A program made the position numbers and the translations under genes. The notes beneath the pieces are model-generated. The model was given only the letters and a program-made list of their open reading frames with translations. It was not told the origin of the DNA and ran no database searches. DNA of 63,836 bases, counting the filler, from Octopus bimaculoides (Eukaryota), in assembly GCF_001194135.2 (NCBI RefSeq). It is 4 parts of 4 records of this genome, joined end to end, with 100 filler letters (N's around TTAATTAATTAA, not from the genome) between each part and the next. Parts side by side here need not be neighbours in the genome. Positions count along the whole stretch, not along the records: positions 40,555 to 61,938 come from NC_068991.1; positions 62,039 to 63,836 come from NW_026318865.1; 2 more parts are not named here. One strand, 5' to 3'. Shown here in pieces: positions 50,581 to 63,060 of this stretch (position 1 is its first letter; each line of letters opens with the position of its first letter).

Positions 50581-51499
50581 TATATATGTATATATATATA
50601 TATTATTAAAAAAATATTATTAAAAAAATGGCAAAAAATCATATATTAATTAATATCGATTAATTACCAGGAAGCTAGCACATTTAAAGAATCAAAGAGA
50701 TTCAGAAACAGTATCTGCAATCTCAGGGGATTAAAGTACATTTTTATATATGACGTTGACCACTAACGTGGACATTCAATGCGCTAGAAATATATATATA
50801 TATATTTATGTATTACANNNNNNNNNNNNNNNNNNNNNNNNNNNNNNNNNNNNNNNNNNNNNNNNNNNNNNNNNNNNNNNNNNNNNNNNNNNNNNNNNNN
50901 NNNNNNNNNNNNNNNNNNNNNNNNNNNNNNNNNNNNNNNNNNNNNNNNNNNNNNNNNNNNNNNNNNNNNNNNNNNNNNNNNNNNNNNNNNNNNNNNNNNN
51001 NNNNNNNNNNNNNNNNNNNNNNNNNNNNNNNNNNNNNNNNNNNNNNNNNNNNNNNNNNNNNNNNNNNNNNNNNNNNNNNNNNNNNNNNNNNNNNNNNNNN
51101 NNNNNNNNNNNNNNNNNNNNNNNNNNNNNNNNNNNNNNNNNNNNNNNNNNNNNNNNNNNNNNNNNNNNNNNNNNNNNNNNNNNNNNNNNNNNNNNNNNNN
51201 NNNNNNNNNNNNNNNNNNNNNNNNNNNNNNNNNNNNNNNNNNNNNNNNNNNNNNNNNNNNNNNNNNNNNNNNNNNNNNNNNNNNNNNNNNNNNNNNNNNN
51301 NNNNNNNNNNNNNNNNNNNNNNNNNNNNNNNNNNNNNNNNNNNNNNNNNNNNNNNNNNNNNNNNNNNNNNNNNNNNNNNNNNNNNNNNNNNNNNNNNNNN
51401 NNNNNNNNNNNNNNNNNNNNNNNNNNNNNNNNNNNNNNNNNNNNNNNNNNNNNNNNNNNNNNNNNNNNNNNNNNNNNNNNNNNNNNNNNNNNNNNNNNN

Positions 51500-51542
<43 letters not shown>

Positions 51543-51624
51543 CATACATACATACATACATACTTACATACATATATAAAATAAGGTGCCAGGCTGACAG
51601 AATCTTGACCACGCAAGATGAAAT

Positions 51625-51785
51625 GATTACCAATATTTCTTTAAGCTCAAAGTCCGACGAGGTCGACTTTATTCTTCATCCTTTCGGGGTCGATAAAAAT
51701 AAGTATTATTTGAGCCCTGGGGTTAATGTAATTGACTAGACCCACTCCCACCTCAAAATTTTTATGCTTTGTGTCCATGTATCAC
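51625..51785 (+). mobile_element. SINE family A, 3' part
   Basis: gaggtcgactttattcttcatcctttcggggtcgataaaaataagta. Confidence 0.75.
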
Positions 51786-52002
51786 AACTTCACTCATTCA
51801 TCTACGTCACTTTACATCCTGAATTCAAATCGCACAGGAGTAAACGCTTCCTCTCTTTCATGGTTTGTAGTTGTAGGGTTAGTTAAATCGACTAGAATAA
51901 GCCGCCATTTTTCTGTTTTTCACTTAGGTTTTGGGTCTATGCTGGAAATTGATTTTTACAAAATCAACTTAAGGTCCGTGGCAGACGGTAACTGATCGAA
52001 AC

Positions 52003-52062
<60 letters not shown>

Positions 52063-52584
52063 TATCTACAAAAATGTGATGCAAATATCTATAAAAAATG
52101 TGATGCAAATAGAGCAGCGATATTAGAGCAGCTCATTGTGCTGTAGGTTATAGCAGTATAGATGTTACAACTTTCTAAATAATTCAATTATTGTTTATAG
52201 TCAGACGTAAACCAGAACTCAGGAATTTCCTAGTTATTTCTGTCAGTTATCCGTCAGGTAATGTCAGTTATCTGAAATAGATCATTGAAAGTGTTACAAA
52301 TGGTTGAACTTGGAAAGTGGGCTTCGGCTATCCGATATTACCACACATTGGACACAGTCAAAAAATTACTATACTACATTTTGGAGATTAACACGCAAAC
52401 TTTTCAAGCGTCTCTATTGATTTTTTTTCTTCTCTAAACCGTTTCAGCTTGCATTTTGAGATAACTAGGAGCAGCCTCTAGGCTGAAATTCGACCTGCTA
52501 GAAATAGCAGCCAAATTTTATCACATTACACTTTACGGATTTAAAACAGAAGAAAATATTGAATAATGAAGCTCTCTGTCTGTT

Positions 52585-52617
<33 letters not shown>

Positions 52618-53029
52618 CCTTCTCTCCTCTCTTTCTCTCTCTCTCTGTTTGTATATATATATATAATAGAAAATTTAGACAATAGTGCAGTACCACATGT
52701 GCTATATAACTGATGTAGCGTGCCCCATTAACCCACGAATTGTCAATAAAGAAGGCGAGAAAAGAGACAAATACAATCCTCTAAAGTACGAAATAACTCG
52801 ACTAGGAAATCGGAATCGAGTGCGCAGTAGGGCTGTTACAAAAGCTTTGTCTCCTTGGTAGGGCCAGAATAATCAGGGAAGTATTAGATAGTTGAAAAGA
52901 ACAGATAGCATGGTGTCGTAGGCTGCAGGTAGCAAACCCGTTAAGCATACAAGACTCCAGGGGTTCCAACATAACCCGAGTTAAAAAGAACTACAACAAC
53001 AACAATAATCGATAGATAGCTAGATAGAC

Positions 53030-53090
<61 letters not shown>

Positions 53091-53329
53091 TTAAGAGATA
53101 GTGATAGATAAACATGATTGTCCACCCAAGTTTAGAATGCACGACAATAGAGCTGACACTATTATTTATTTTGTATCAGAATAGCCACAGGTAACTCAAA
53201 ATGAAAAGAAAAATTGCAGACGTAATAAAATTGCTGTAATTATTCACTAGAATTTTGGCAAGGAGAGCAGTTTAGTTTTGTATGCACTAAAAACAGCCAC
53301 AACCGTTTTGTAGAAATAGAAATGAAAGC

Positions 53330-53700
53330 CCTCGAAAACGATGAAGTGGAGTTGTAATGTTCAATACAAAACGAAGGAGAAAAGAATATAAGAAGCCGGA
53401 TATTGTAGATGTTAATAGGAATAAGAAAAGAAAAAAAAAATGATTATTCCGAGTGATATGTCATGCTCATTTGATTCGAGAATCGTGATTATGGAAAAAG
53501 AAAAACTAAAGTGTTATATCGACTAGAAGAAGTTCCCAAATGCTGCAACAAAGAAGTTAATAAAGTCATGACGAAGAATTTGAGAGTAAAGCTAGGAAGG
53601 CTAGATTTTAATCTTAGAGTGGATGCGAAGGGAAAAAAATCTGTTGACTTGCTTCATCAAGAATTATCCTGAAATTCCTCAATACAAAGAAAAAAGAGAC
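53330..53700 (+). pseudogene. Old RLE-type (R4-like) LINE endonuclease remnant
   Basis: Reads KPDIVD followed by DMSCSFDSRIVIMEKEKLKCYID, a PD..D..K restriction-like endonuclease pattern. Confidence 0.6.
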
Positions 53701-53867
53701 ACAAACAACATAAAAATACCTTTATAAAACATAACGATTACATCAATATCGTGCAACAGCAAAATGATTGTAACAATAATAGCAACAGCAGCAGCAGCAG
53801 CACTAGAAAGATTTCAGGCCTGTGCCTATTAGTAGAAAGGATTATTATTATCATTATTATTATTGTT

Positions 53868-54225
53868 CAGTAGTTTTATTTTTATAACGTGCTTTCACTT
53901 CACTACCGAGCGCAGCTCTGTGCGCCTTGGGTATGTTCTGTGGTTTGCTGTGGTGCTCTTATGTTTACTGTATTGAAAGTGTTTTGCGTAGAATGTGTGC
54001 AGTACCCAGTAATGCAATTTTCTGTATGTTATATATATTTGTAAGTCCTGGTATTTTTGTTATGTATTTGTCTGAATATTTTTTTATTATACCTAAGGCA
54101 CCTACTATGATAGGAATTGTTTCTGTTTTTAGATTCCACATTCGAGTTATCTCTATTTCCAGGTCTTTGTATTTTGAAAGTTTTTCCATTTCTTTTAGAG
54201 AAACGTTGTCATCTGCTGGTATTGA
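53868..54225 (-). mobile_element. R4/Dong-like LINE 3' end, intact C-terminal frame plus 3' UTR
   Basis: ORF 53965-54189 EKLSKYKDLEIEITRMWNLKTETIPIIVGALG...IQKIALLGTAHILRKTL is a typical R4-clade C-terminus. (AAT)n tail abuts a family A SINE tail at 53808-53867. Confidence 0.9.
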
Positions 54226-54916
54226 NNNNNNNNNNNNNNNNNNNNNNNNNNNNNNNNNNNNNNNNNNNNNNNNNNNNNNNNNNNNNNNNNNNNNNNNNNN
54301 NNNNNNNNNNNNNNNNNNNNNNNNNNNNNNNNNNNNNNNNNNNNNNNNNNNNNNNNNNNNNNNNNNNNNNNNNNNNNNNNNNNNNNNNNNNNNNNNNNNN
54401 NNNNNNNNNNNNNNNNNNNNNNNNNNNNNNNNNNNNNNNNNNNNNNNNNNNNNNNNNNNNNNNNNNNNNNNNNNNNNNNNNNNNNNNNNNNNNNNNNNNN
54501 NNNNNNNNNNNNNNNNNNNNNNNNNNNNNNNNNNNNNNNNNNNNNNNNNNNNNNNNNNNNNNNNNNNNNNNNNNNNNNNNNNNNNNNNNNNNNNNNNNNN
54601 NNNNNNNNNNNNNNNNNNNNNNNNNNNNNNNNNNNNNNNNNNNNNNNNNNNNNNNNNNNNNNNNNNNNNNNNNNNNNNNNNNNNNNNNNNNNNNNNNNNN
54701 NNNNNNNNNNNNNNNNNNNNNNNNNNNNNNNNNNNNNNNNNNNNNNNNNNNNNNNNNNNNNNNNNNNNNNNNNNNNNNNNNNNNNNNNNNNNNNNNNNNN
54801 NNNNNNNNNNNNNNNNNNNNNNNNNNNNNNNNNNNNNNNNNNNNNNNNNNNNNNNNNNNNNNNNNNNNNNNNNNNNNNNNNNNNNNNNNNNNNNNNNNNN
54901 NNNNNNNNNNNNNNNN

Positions 54917-54982
<66 letters not shown>

Positions 54983-54987
54983 CATTA

Positions 54988-55131
54988 TGTTGTTGTTTTT
55001 TTTCTTCTTTCTTCAAATTTTCTTCCATTTCTCGCCGAGTGTTTTCCGTACACCTAGGGCAGAGAAACTCATTGTATGCATTCCCAGTTTGCACACGCAA
55101 ATTTACAGGTAAAATATGTATTAAAAAAAAA
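54988..55131. mobile_element. Unclassified 145-bp repeat module, copy 2
   Basis: Matches 1791-1913 with 3 differences in 123 nt. Preceded by (TTA)n. Confidence 0.8.
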
Positions 55132-56134
55132 TGGAGACAACATGATCAATAATTTCATCTTGTTGTTTACATACACGACATGTTGGGCTACTGCCGTTCT
55201 TTAATATGTTGGCCTGGTAGCTCCTTGTAGGTAGGCATTGGTCTTGAGCTGCTATGATAAACCCTTCTGTTTCTGATTCTAAGCAAGAAGACACTAACCA
55301 TTGATGGATAAGGGCTTTGTCAACATCTGCATTATTAGCTCTCTTTGGGTATTTGCCATTGCGAGGGTTTTCTTGCCATTGCGAGGGTTTTCTTGCCATT
55401 TATCAGTAAGAATATCTAAGGCAGCAGTTTTAGCACGGGTTTTCATACGCTTAACTTTTTCTGTGCTTGTTTCCAGTACGTTTAATTCTGGGATTTGTTG
55501 TATTTGGAATTCGCTTAGATATTCCTTTGCCTGTTTTGTTACTGAGTATAATGGTTTGTTGTTTTTGTGCTTTAAGACAAACTCTAGCATCCAGTCATCA
55601 GAGTTTTTCAGGTAGGTGTTTAAGACAATTGTGTCAATCTTCATTATTAATTCTAGTTGTGAAAGTCCACGGCCACCCTCTTTTCTTGGCAGATAAAGTC
55701 GCTCTATATCTACCTTAGGGTGGTGTATTCTATGCATTGTCAACAAGTTTCGTATTTTTCTGTCAAGATTACATATTTCAGTAATTGACCAGTTAATGAT
55801 AATGAAACTGTAAGTCACGACTGGTATGGCTAAAGTACTGATCGCTTCAATCCTGTTTCTTGCATTCAGGTCTGACTCGAGTATTACCCTAACATTCTTT
55901 TCTCATCCTTTCCCTCATCATTGAATGTTTGATTCTATCACCTTCAACTACCCCTAGGTATTTGTAGATCTCCGCTGGTTCTAACCCCTTTATGGCATTC
56001 TGTTGGTCAAGATTAACGTTAGATGTTTCTATCATTTTTCCTTTGATAAAGGTAGCTTTTACACATTTATCGAGGCCAAATTGCAGCCTGATGTCATCAC
56101 TGATTTGTTTAGCAGTTGCTAGTAAGCCCTGTAG
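55132..56134 (-). mobile_element. R4/Dong-like LINE body fragment (RT C-terminal half to CCHC knuckle), decayed
   Basis: ISDDIRLQFGLDKC, YKYLGV, LYLPRKEGGRGL, ETEGFIIAAQDQ, CRVCKQQDEIIDHVVS across frameshifted ORFs. A 21-bp internal duplication at about 55355-55400. Confidence 0.92.
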
Positions 56135-56191
56135 TTGTTGGTTATTATTATTGTTTGTTGCTGTTGTCGTTGTTATTGTTGCTGTTGTTGT

Positions 56192-56409
56192 GTAAGGCGG
56201 CGAGCTGGCACCATGTAAGCGACTTAATCCTTTCCCCAGAATTGCTGTCACGCCGGGCGAAATGTTTAGCGGTATTTCGTTTGCCGCTATGTTCTGAGTT
56301 CAGATTCTCCCTTGACCGACTTTGCCTTTCATCATTTCGGGATCGATAAAATAAGTATCCGTTGAACACCGCGATCGATGTAATCGACTAGTTTCCTTTA
56401 TTGGAAAGG

Positions 56410-56450
<41 letters not shown>
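56192..56450 (+). mobile_element. SINE family A with (ATT)n tail
   Basis: aaggcggcgagctggca...cacgccgggcgaaatgtttagcgg...gactttgcctttcatc...gataaaataagta. Confidence 0.85.
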
Positions 56451-56454
<4 letters not shown>

Positions 56455-57777
56455 TTTGTTACTTCCTCTATTACTAACAGTACTACAACTACCACATCTT
56501 TTTATTTGCCAGCAGGGTGACAGATGAGGAAACACTAGACGGACAATAAACCAAACGTTGAGAGTCATGACAATATATATANNNNNNNNNNNNNNNNNNN
56601 NNNNNNNNNNNNNNNNNNNNTATATATATATATATATATCGTACAAAAAATGAAATAAAAGGAGAAAGAAAACAACCAGATATAGGAAAGAACGGTATAA
56701 AATACTACGTAACTACAATGGAAAATTAAAATATTCAACAAAATAAAAAAAGAAGATAGCATTTCAGCGTATCTTTCAGGTTCACCATTAAATCAGAAAC
56801 AAAACAGACACAAGTACGCACAAACAGAGATAAGCACACACTAACACTCGTATATATCTCACAAGAGAAACATATATTACATCTAGTCAAATATGGGGTA
56901 TTATGTGTTCTTGTAACGCAGTCACGTTCTATTGAAATTCTTTTATGTATTATCAATATATTAATATGCAAGAAACTCTCGACTGATGCAGCGTATGAGG
57001 ATAGCAGTTGTATTGAAGTTAGACGTTCCTTTGCAAGTTACATACTATAAATGCCGGTCGATACGTACATTCATACGTATATGCATACACAGATACCTAC
57101 AAACGTACATAATTACAGGCATACATATATACATATATACATACATACGTGTGTGTAATGTATATATATGCCTGTGTGTAAGTGTGTCTGTATAAATATA
57201 TATATATATATACATATATGTGTGTGTGCGCATATATATATATATATATACATATGTGTGTATATATATATATATTCATTTATATATATATACATATATA
57301 TATGTATGTANNNNNNNNNNTATATATATACATATATATATATAGATGAATATATGTGTGTATATATATGCATATTCATATACAAACACACACATACACA
57401 CGCACACGCACACACAGGGCTACACACACACATATGAGAGGCACTTAAAATTACCAAAATTGTTTTTACGCTGAATTTTCAATCAGAATATGATTTGAAT
57501 AAAGTGTATGAATGGATATTTTAAACTGCTCTATACTCCACAGAATATCAATTACGTCAATTAAACCCCCGTCTACTTATTCGTGCGTTTTTATATTTAT
57601 TACTCCAGCATTTCTTTCTACATATATATGTGTATGTGTCTTATTCACTGTCTCTCAATATACTTGTATGTGAAAATGTATCTATAAATATATATGCATT
57701 CATGTATGTAGGTAAGTATAAATAAATATATATATTTATATATACATACATATAGGCATACCCAAAACACATACTCT

Positions 57778-57854
<77 letters not shown>

Positions 57855-57884
57855 GTAAATGTATGTGCGTGAGTGTGTATAGGG

Positions 57885-58125
57885 ACCGTCCACTCCATCT
57901 AAATTCAGGACCAGATCCTGCAACAATTTGGGGTTCAAAGGCCCGCAGCTCTTCACTGCCCTGCCACAAAATTAAGATACCTACTGAATGTGTATGTTGA
58001 TGTCTTCAAATAGGAACTAGACATTCTTCTCTCCACAATACCGTTATGAACCGACGGTCCGGCATGAGGTGCAGACGAGGGCAGCGGAGTCAAACTCCCT
58101 AATAAACCGAATGGGCCAACAGCGG
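57885..58125 (+). pseudogene. CR1-like LINE 3' end fragment
   Basis: TPSKFRTRSCNNLGFKGPQLFTALP...VDVFK...EPTVRHEVQTRAAESNSL. The C-terminal RAAxSNSL signature is typical of invertebrate CR1 elements (from memory). Confidence 0.65.
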
Positions 58126-58235
58126 AGACAAAAGCTGGTATAGGAGTAGTAATAAAAACCTCATCACCCTCAGGAAATCAACTGAAGGAGAATCACAAGT
58201 AAGAATGCAAAATCATAACAAAGAAAACCCTCATA

Positions 58236-58897
58236 GCGATACCTGTTCAGAGGCCTATGCAAAGTTGCAGAACGTGTATGGAGAGGAGTGTATGACTCAC
58301 ACACAAGTGCACGAGTGGCTCAGATGTTTTGAATATGACCGAAAAAATGTCGATATTGACGAACGTTCTGGGAGACTCGCAAACAGTAGGACTGAGAAAA
58401 ACATCGCAAAGGTACGAGCAGCTATGAAGGGAAATCGTTGACTCACCATCCGTGAGTAATCAGAGGATGTGCAGATTAGTTACGGTTCAGTTCAGTCCAT
58501 TATCATTAAAGGCTCGAGTACGAGATGAGATGCGTGTCGGCCAAGTTTGTGCCAAACCTGGTTTCAGTAGCACAAGATCTTGATTAGGTTGATAACGTTG
58601 AAAACTTTTTGAAAACTTTGCTTAGGCCTCTGAGCAGGTACCGCCAAGTCTTTTGCAGAATTTGATGCAGATTCTCTGCTCAAATTGCGCTGTCATTATC
58701 AATGTGATGATCACACGCTACGCACCTTCCTTCCAAGCACTGCTGTACACATCGGAAATGAGCTAGAACGTTAAAACTTAGTGCGTAGGCACAGTAGAGT
58801 TCAAGGTCAATCTGTGCCTAGGGGTTTTACTCTTCGTGCTTTACCTTCGTTACAGTCCGGATACTTACATATGTAACAGTCCAGATACTTACATACG
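58236..58897 (+). mobile_element. Non-autonomous mariner derivative, two inverted 5' ends (family M2, copy 2)
   Basis: Forward DTCSEAYAKLQNVYGEECMTHTQVHEW. Same internal junction as copy 1 (tttttgaaaactttgc.taggcctctgagcagg). The right arm extends to the TIR cagtccggatactta (partly duplicated), then TA. Confidence 0.85.
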
Positions 58898-58906
58898 TAT
58901 ATACAC

Positions 58907-59100
58907 ATTAAGATACATATACACACACCATACGCATACGAATATATTAAAAACTGTCAGATGTATTCAATATTAAAATAAGAGAATGGTGCAATAAATT
59001 AATGTAATATTATTAAGTGTAATTTAATTTTGAAAACTATAAATTTAAGAAAATATAAATTTAAAATTTTGAATATGAATATATGAAAACATGAAAATTT
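58907..59100. repeat. Left arm of an inverted repeat of about 190 bp (partner 60765-60958)
   Basis: cgcatacgaatatattaaaaa...aatattaaaataagagaatggtgcaataaattaatgtaatattattaagtgtaattt is the reverse complement of 60835-60925. Confidence 0.85.
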
Positions 59101-60570
59101 AGATTCAGTTTTAAGCAAGTTAAATAGGGAATTAAATTTATGAATTTTGGGGAAATAGTAAGTCAGTTATAGATTGGTTCAAGGGAATTAGCCATAAACT
59201 CAACTGAAAATTTACGCAGTTTTATATTGTCGATTTTTACCCGTCAATATCCAGGCCTTTACTTCTTAAAGCATTAGACTTCGCCATAAAATACGTCACC
59301 ATCGACAGTTCGGATATAGATCTTATCCTGAATTCAAGGAAGCCCCCTCCTTTTTTATGATGGTTCAACCTGGGTCAAAAAGAGCGAGGATTCTTTATTC
59401 GATGTGCCGATGGGGGTATATGATGGGGCGGAATTACGTATGCTTATAGGAGCTTATATTTTGCATAACCTGCATCTGGAATTCCCTTTTATAGATGCAA
59501 GATTATACAGGGATGACGGCCTTTAATCTCCCGTGATTTAAACGGCCATTAGTTAGATCGATTTAGGAAGAATCTTATTACTTTCTTCCAAAGAATGGGC
59601 TTACGGATAACGATAGAAACTAATTTATATAATGAAGATTTGTTTCAGATATTAACTTAGATTTGCAAATTGATAAATTTAAACCTTACCGTAAGCCTAA
59701 TGAAAAGCTATTTTATATTAACAAAGAGTCAAATTATTCACCCGTAATACTTAAGAATCTTGTTAGTAATATAGGAAGGCGCATATCATTCATATCGTCA
59801 GACGAGACAGCGTTTCAAAATGTCGCACCGTATTATAATAATGCATTAAGGAACCGTGAAATCTCGGAAATCCAGTATAGTCAAACCATTACTAACAATA
59901 ATAGAAGACGTTGGTTCAATCCGGTATTTAATATTGCCGTAAAAACAAATATAGTTAGAGAATTCTTAAAACTAGTTGCTAAACACTTTCAAGTTAGCCA
60001 TAAGTTATAATAGGAGAAAGCTGAAGATTAGCTATTCTTGTGGCGAAAACTTTAATCAACCAACACAACACCTCTTTAATTAACCTCTTTAATTAACCAG
60101 CACAACACGAAATCCATTAGAAGCTACCACAGTGCCGAAATTAACCAGAAGAATTGCAATTGAAAAGATCAAAGTAGCTGTCCTTTAGGAGGAAATTGTC
60201 TTGAGAAAGGAGTAATCTATAGAGCTAAAGTACAAATAGATGGCTCTCAAGAATACAAAACATATACAGGGGGTTTGTAAAATTCCTTCAAGACTAGATT
60301 ATATTCTCACCGAATTCATTTCGATACCCACAAAATAGGACAGTAACAGGTCTTGCTTAACATGTCTGGCAACTGAATGAAAATAATGCTCATTCTTTCA
60401 AATTCAGCTAGGCAATTTTGTAGAAAGCAACATCATATAAGCATGGAACATATAGACGGCCAATGAGGTGCAATTTGTGCCTACTTGAAAAGGTGTTCTA
60501 GGAGAAATACGCACTGAACGAAAGACAGGAGCTTTTAAATTCCTTCAGACACGCTACGGGGTATAAAATA
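59101..60570 (+). mobile_element. Penelope-like element, Naiad-type RT plus GIY-YIG, 5'-truncated and decayed
   Basis: VIDWF, VDFYPSIS, FDVPMGVYDGAE, LYRDDGL, KPYRKPNE, WFNP, SYSC, CNUKDQSSCPLGGNCLEKGVIYRAKV, CNLCLLEK, LNERQEL..RH. Confidence 0.9.
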
Positions 60571-60764
60571 TCAAGTGAAACAATACCGTACAGACAAGTT
60601 TTGACTTTCACATTTGAATTTGGCCTTTACACCTAAATACAGACGTCATTTAGTATTACAATTCTGGTCAATATTTCCCCTTTACGTTGTACAGTTTACA
60701 TTTTTCGACTTTCACGAAAACCTTCGACTGTTTTGCAAATTTAAATTTAAAATTCGCCGAGGTC

Positions 60765-60958
60765 AAATTTTTACCCATTTTCATATTTGAATTTTAAATA
60801 CATATTTTTTTACAATTATATTTTTATCAAATTTAAATTACACTTAATTATATTGCATTAATTTATTGCACCATTTTCTTATTTTAATATTCAATACAGC
60901 AGACTTTTTAATATATTCGTATGCGTGTATACGTTATGGTATATATACGTATCTTAAT
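60765..60958. repeat. Right arm of an inverted repeat of about 190 bp (partner 58907-59100)
   Basis: See the left arm. Confidence 0.85.
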
Positions 60959-61779
60959 ATGTATATATATGTATGTANNNNNNNNNNNNNNNNNNNNNTA
61001 TATATACGTATATGTTTATTTGTATATTTGTATGCGTGTATACATATATGTTACTATTATATATATGCATGTATTTATGTAGATATGTGTGCGTTTTTAT
61101 GTGTGCATTGACGAGCTTGAACGCTATTTCTCAAATCATTGTCTCTCTCTCTCTCTCTCTCTTTCTATTTTCCCTTTCGCTTTCTTTTTTCTTTCTGCCA
61201 CCACTTTTTATATCTGATTCTCTTTCTTTTTCTTAGTTGTGCATTTAGAATATACGCACGGAGACGGATGATGTGGATATATATGTATGTAGAGACCTAT
61301 ACAAACATTAACATATACATTCATATTTATATTTTGCTTGTATATATATTTATATATATGTATGTACATATGTATCAACGTTTATATATTTAGTGTATAT
61401 ATGTATGTATTTGCTTTTTGTGTGTTTATGAATAAATTAATGTTTTGCATACGTTTGTACGGCTGTTTATTTCTGTAAGTGAATATTTTATTATAAACAG
61501 ACTTATATTTTTTAATTAAATTTATTTTACCATTTATTAATTTACTTTCAGTTTACATGTTTTTTCCTTCTATCTGAAGTAAATTTTAATTCAAGGCTTT
61601 CTTCGATTTCAGATAATATGATTTTTAAATCGTAATTTTAATTTTATGTATATCACCAGTTCTTAAAAAGACCGTTAGTTGAAAGGACCAACGAAACGAA
61701 ATAACCTTCAATTGTGCATCTGTCAATGTAAATTGTATATTTATATATATAACGTTAATTTTTTGTTCCATTCCCAACT

Positions 61780-61825
61780 AAAACTGTCCGACGAACGGGA
61801 ACATGAAACTCTAAGTAATAGTTTT
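61780..61825 (+). ncRNA. Minimal type I hammerhead ribozyme, probably mutated
   Basis: Stem I aaaactgt/atagtttt (8 bp); core CCGACGA (U4 to C); short stem II; GAAAC-tctaa-GTA. Confidence 0.55.
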
Positions 61826-61889
61826 CTGTGATGTTTTTGCAGCTTTGGTAATAAAGTATGCATGCATACATACATACATACGTACATAC

Positions 61890-61938
<49 letters not shown>

Positions 61939-62038
61939 NNNNNNNNNNNNNNNNNNNNNNNNNNNNNNNNNNNNNNNNNNNNTTAATTAATTAANNNNNN
62001 NNNNNNNNNNNNNNNNNNNNNNNNNNNNNNNNNNNNNN
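61939..62038. other. Synthetic scaffold spacer 44N-TTAATTAATTAA-44N
   Basis: Same 100-bp structure as the other two. Confidence 0.92.
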
Positions 62039-62122
62039 ATATATATATATATATATATATATATACGCATATGTATATATATATATATTTGTATATATAT
62101 ATATGTAGAAGAGTATCACATA

Positions 62123-63060
62123 TACAAACAGACGACAAGTTTCCCCATGAGATCCAGTCTCTCAGACCTACTGGAACATTGAGCACTCAACATCTGCCAT
62201 TCATGCACCTTCTTCACCAGGTATGTAGATGACATCCTCATATTCACATCCTCCCGTGAAGAGGCAGACAGAATATTCACGACATTCAACAACATGGACA
62301 TGAACATACAGTTCACAATAGAACATCTCGATAACACTGCATCACTATCGCTACTCGACTTCCAACTGAAAATAATGGAAGAAGGAGAGATCCACACCAA
62401 GTTCTATGGGAAAGTAGCCAGTGGAGATATGTTTGTTCAGTACAGTTCAGCCGTTCCACTAGGTACCAAAATAGGATATGCCAGAAATGAACTTGCACGC
62501 ATCCAGAGTAAGTGCGGCAGGACAGAGGACAAGGTGACCCATACTACACGCTTCCTAGAGATATTGAAAACAAACGGGTACCTTATATCCATTGTAAATC
62601 AGCTTAAGTATCCAATACAACAAACACGCCGAACACACAGAAAACCCAGCAACATATGCTTCCTTAAAATACCCCATTTTAATGAGAGGATAACTACAGC
62701 CATCCGAAAAGCCATAAGAAGGGAAGGACTAGACATACAACTAGCCCACTCTGGCCCCTCCTGAGAAGACACCTCGCAAAGAAACGAGCAAGAGATAGCA
62801 ATCAATGCACACTAACTAACTGCCCTATCCATGACACAGATTTATGTCAACTGGTAAATGTTGTGTATAGAATACAATGTAACAAATGCAACAAGTTCTA
62901 TGTGGGTAGCACAACAAGACCATTACACATTCGCATCAAAGAACATCTGAACATGAGAGTCTCTTCCTTCAGAAAACATCTAGACAGATGCTGGAACACT
63001 GACAAAGGCATAACAGTCACAATTGAGGTCAATGAAAGAAATTTGGGTTATCTAAGAATA
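62123..63060 (+). mobile_element. Penelope-like element (YVDD-type RT, Cys linker, GIY-YIG), relatively well preserved fragment
   Basis: YKQ...PM, FTRYVDDILIF, IQFTIE, LSLLDF, NGY, LKIPHF, CTLTNCPIHDTDLC, VVYRIQCNKCNKFYVGSTTRPLHIRIKEH. Confidence 0.9.

Noticed and set aside
52070-52112. Tandem ATGCAAAT octamer sites
   Set aside because: They arise from one 23-bp local duplication next to a (GA)n tract, which is insufficient evidence for regulation.
60570-60780. SECIS element downstream of the Naiad ORF
   Set aside because: No RUGA/GA quartet with a properly paired helix II and apical AA could be built by eye. Needs SECISearch on a consensus.
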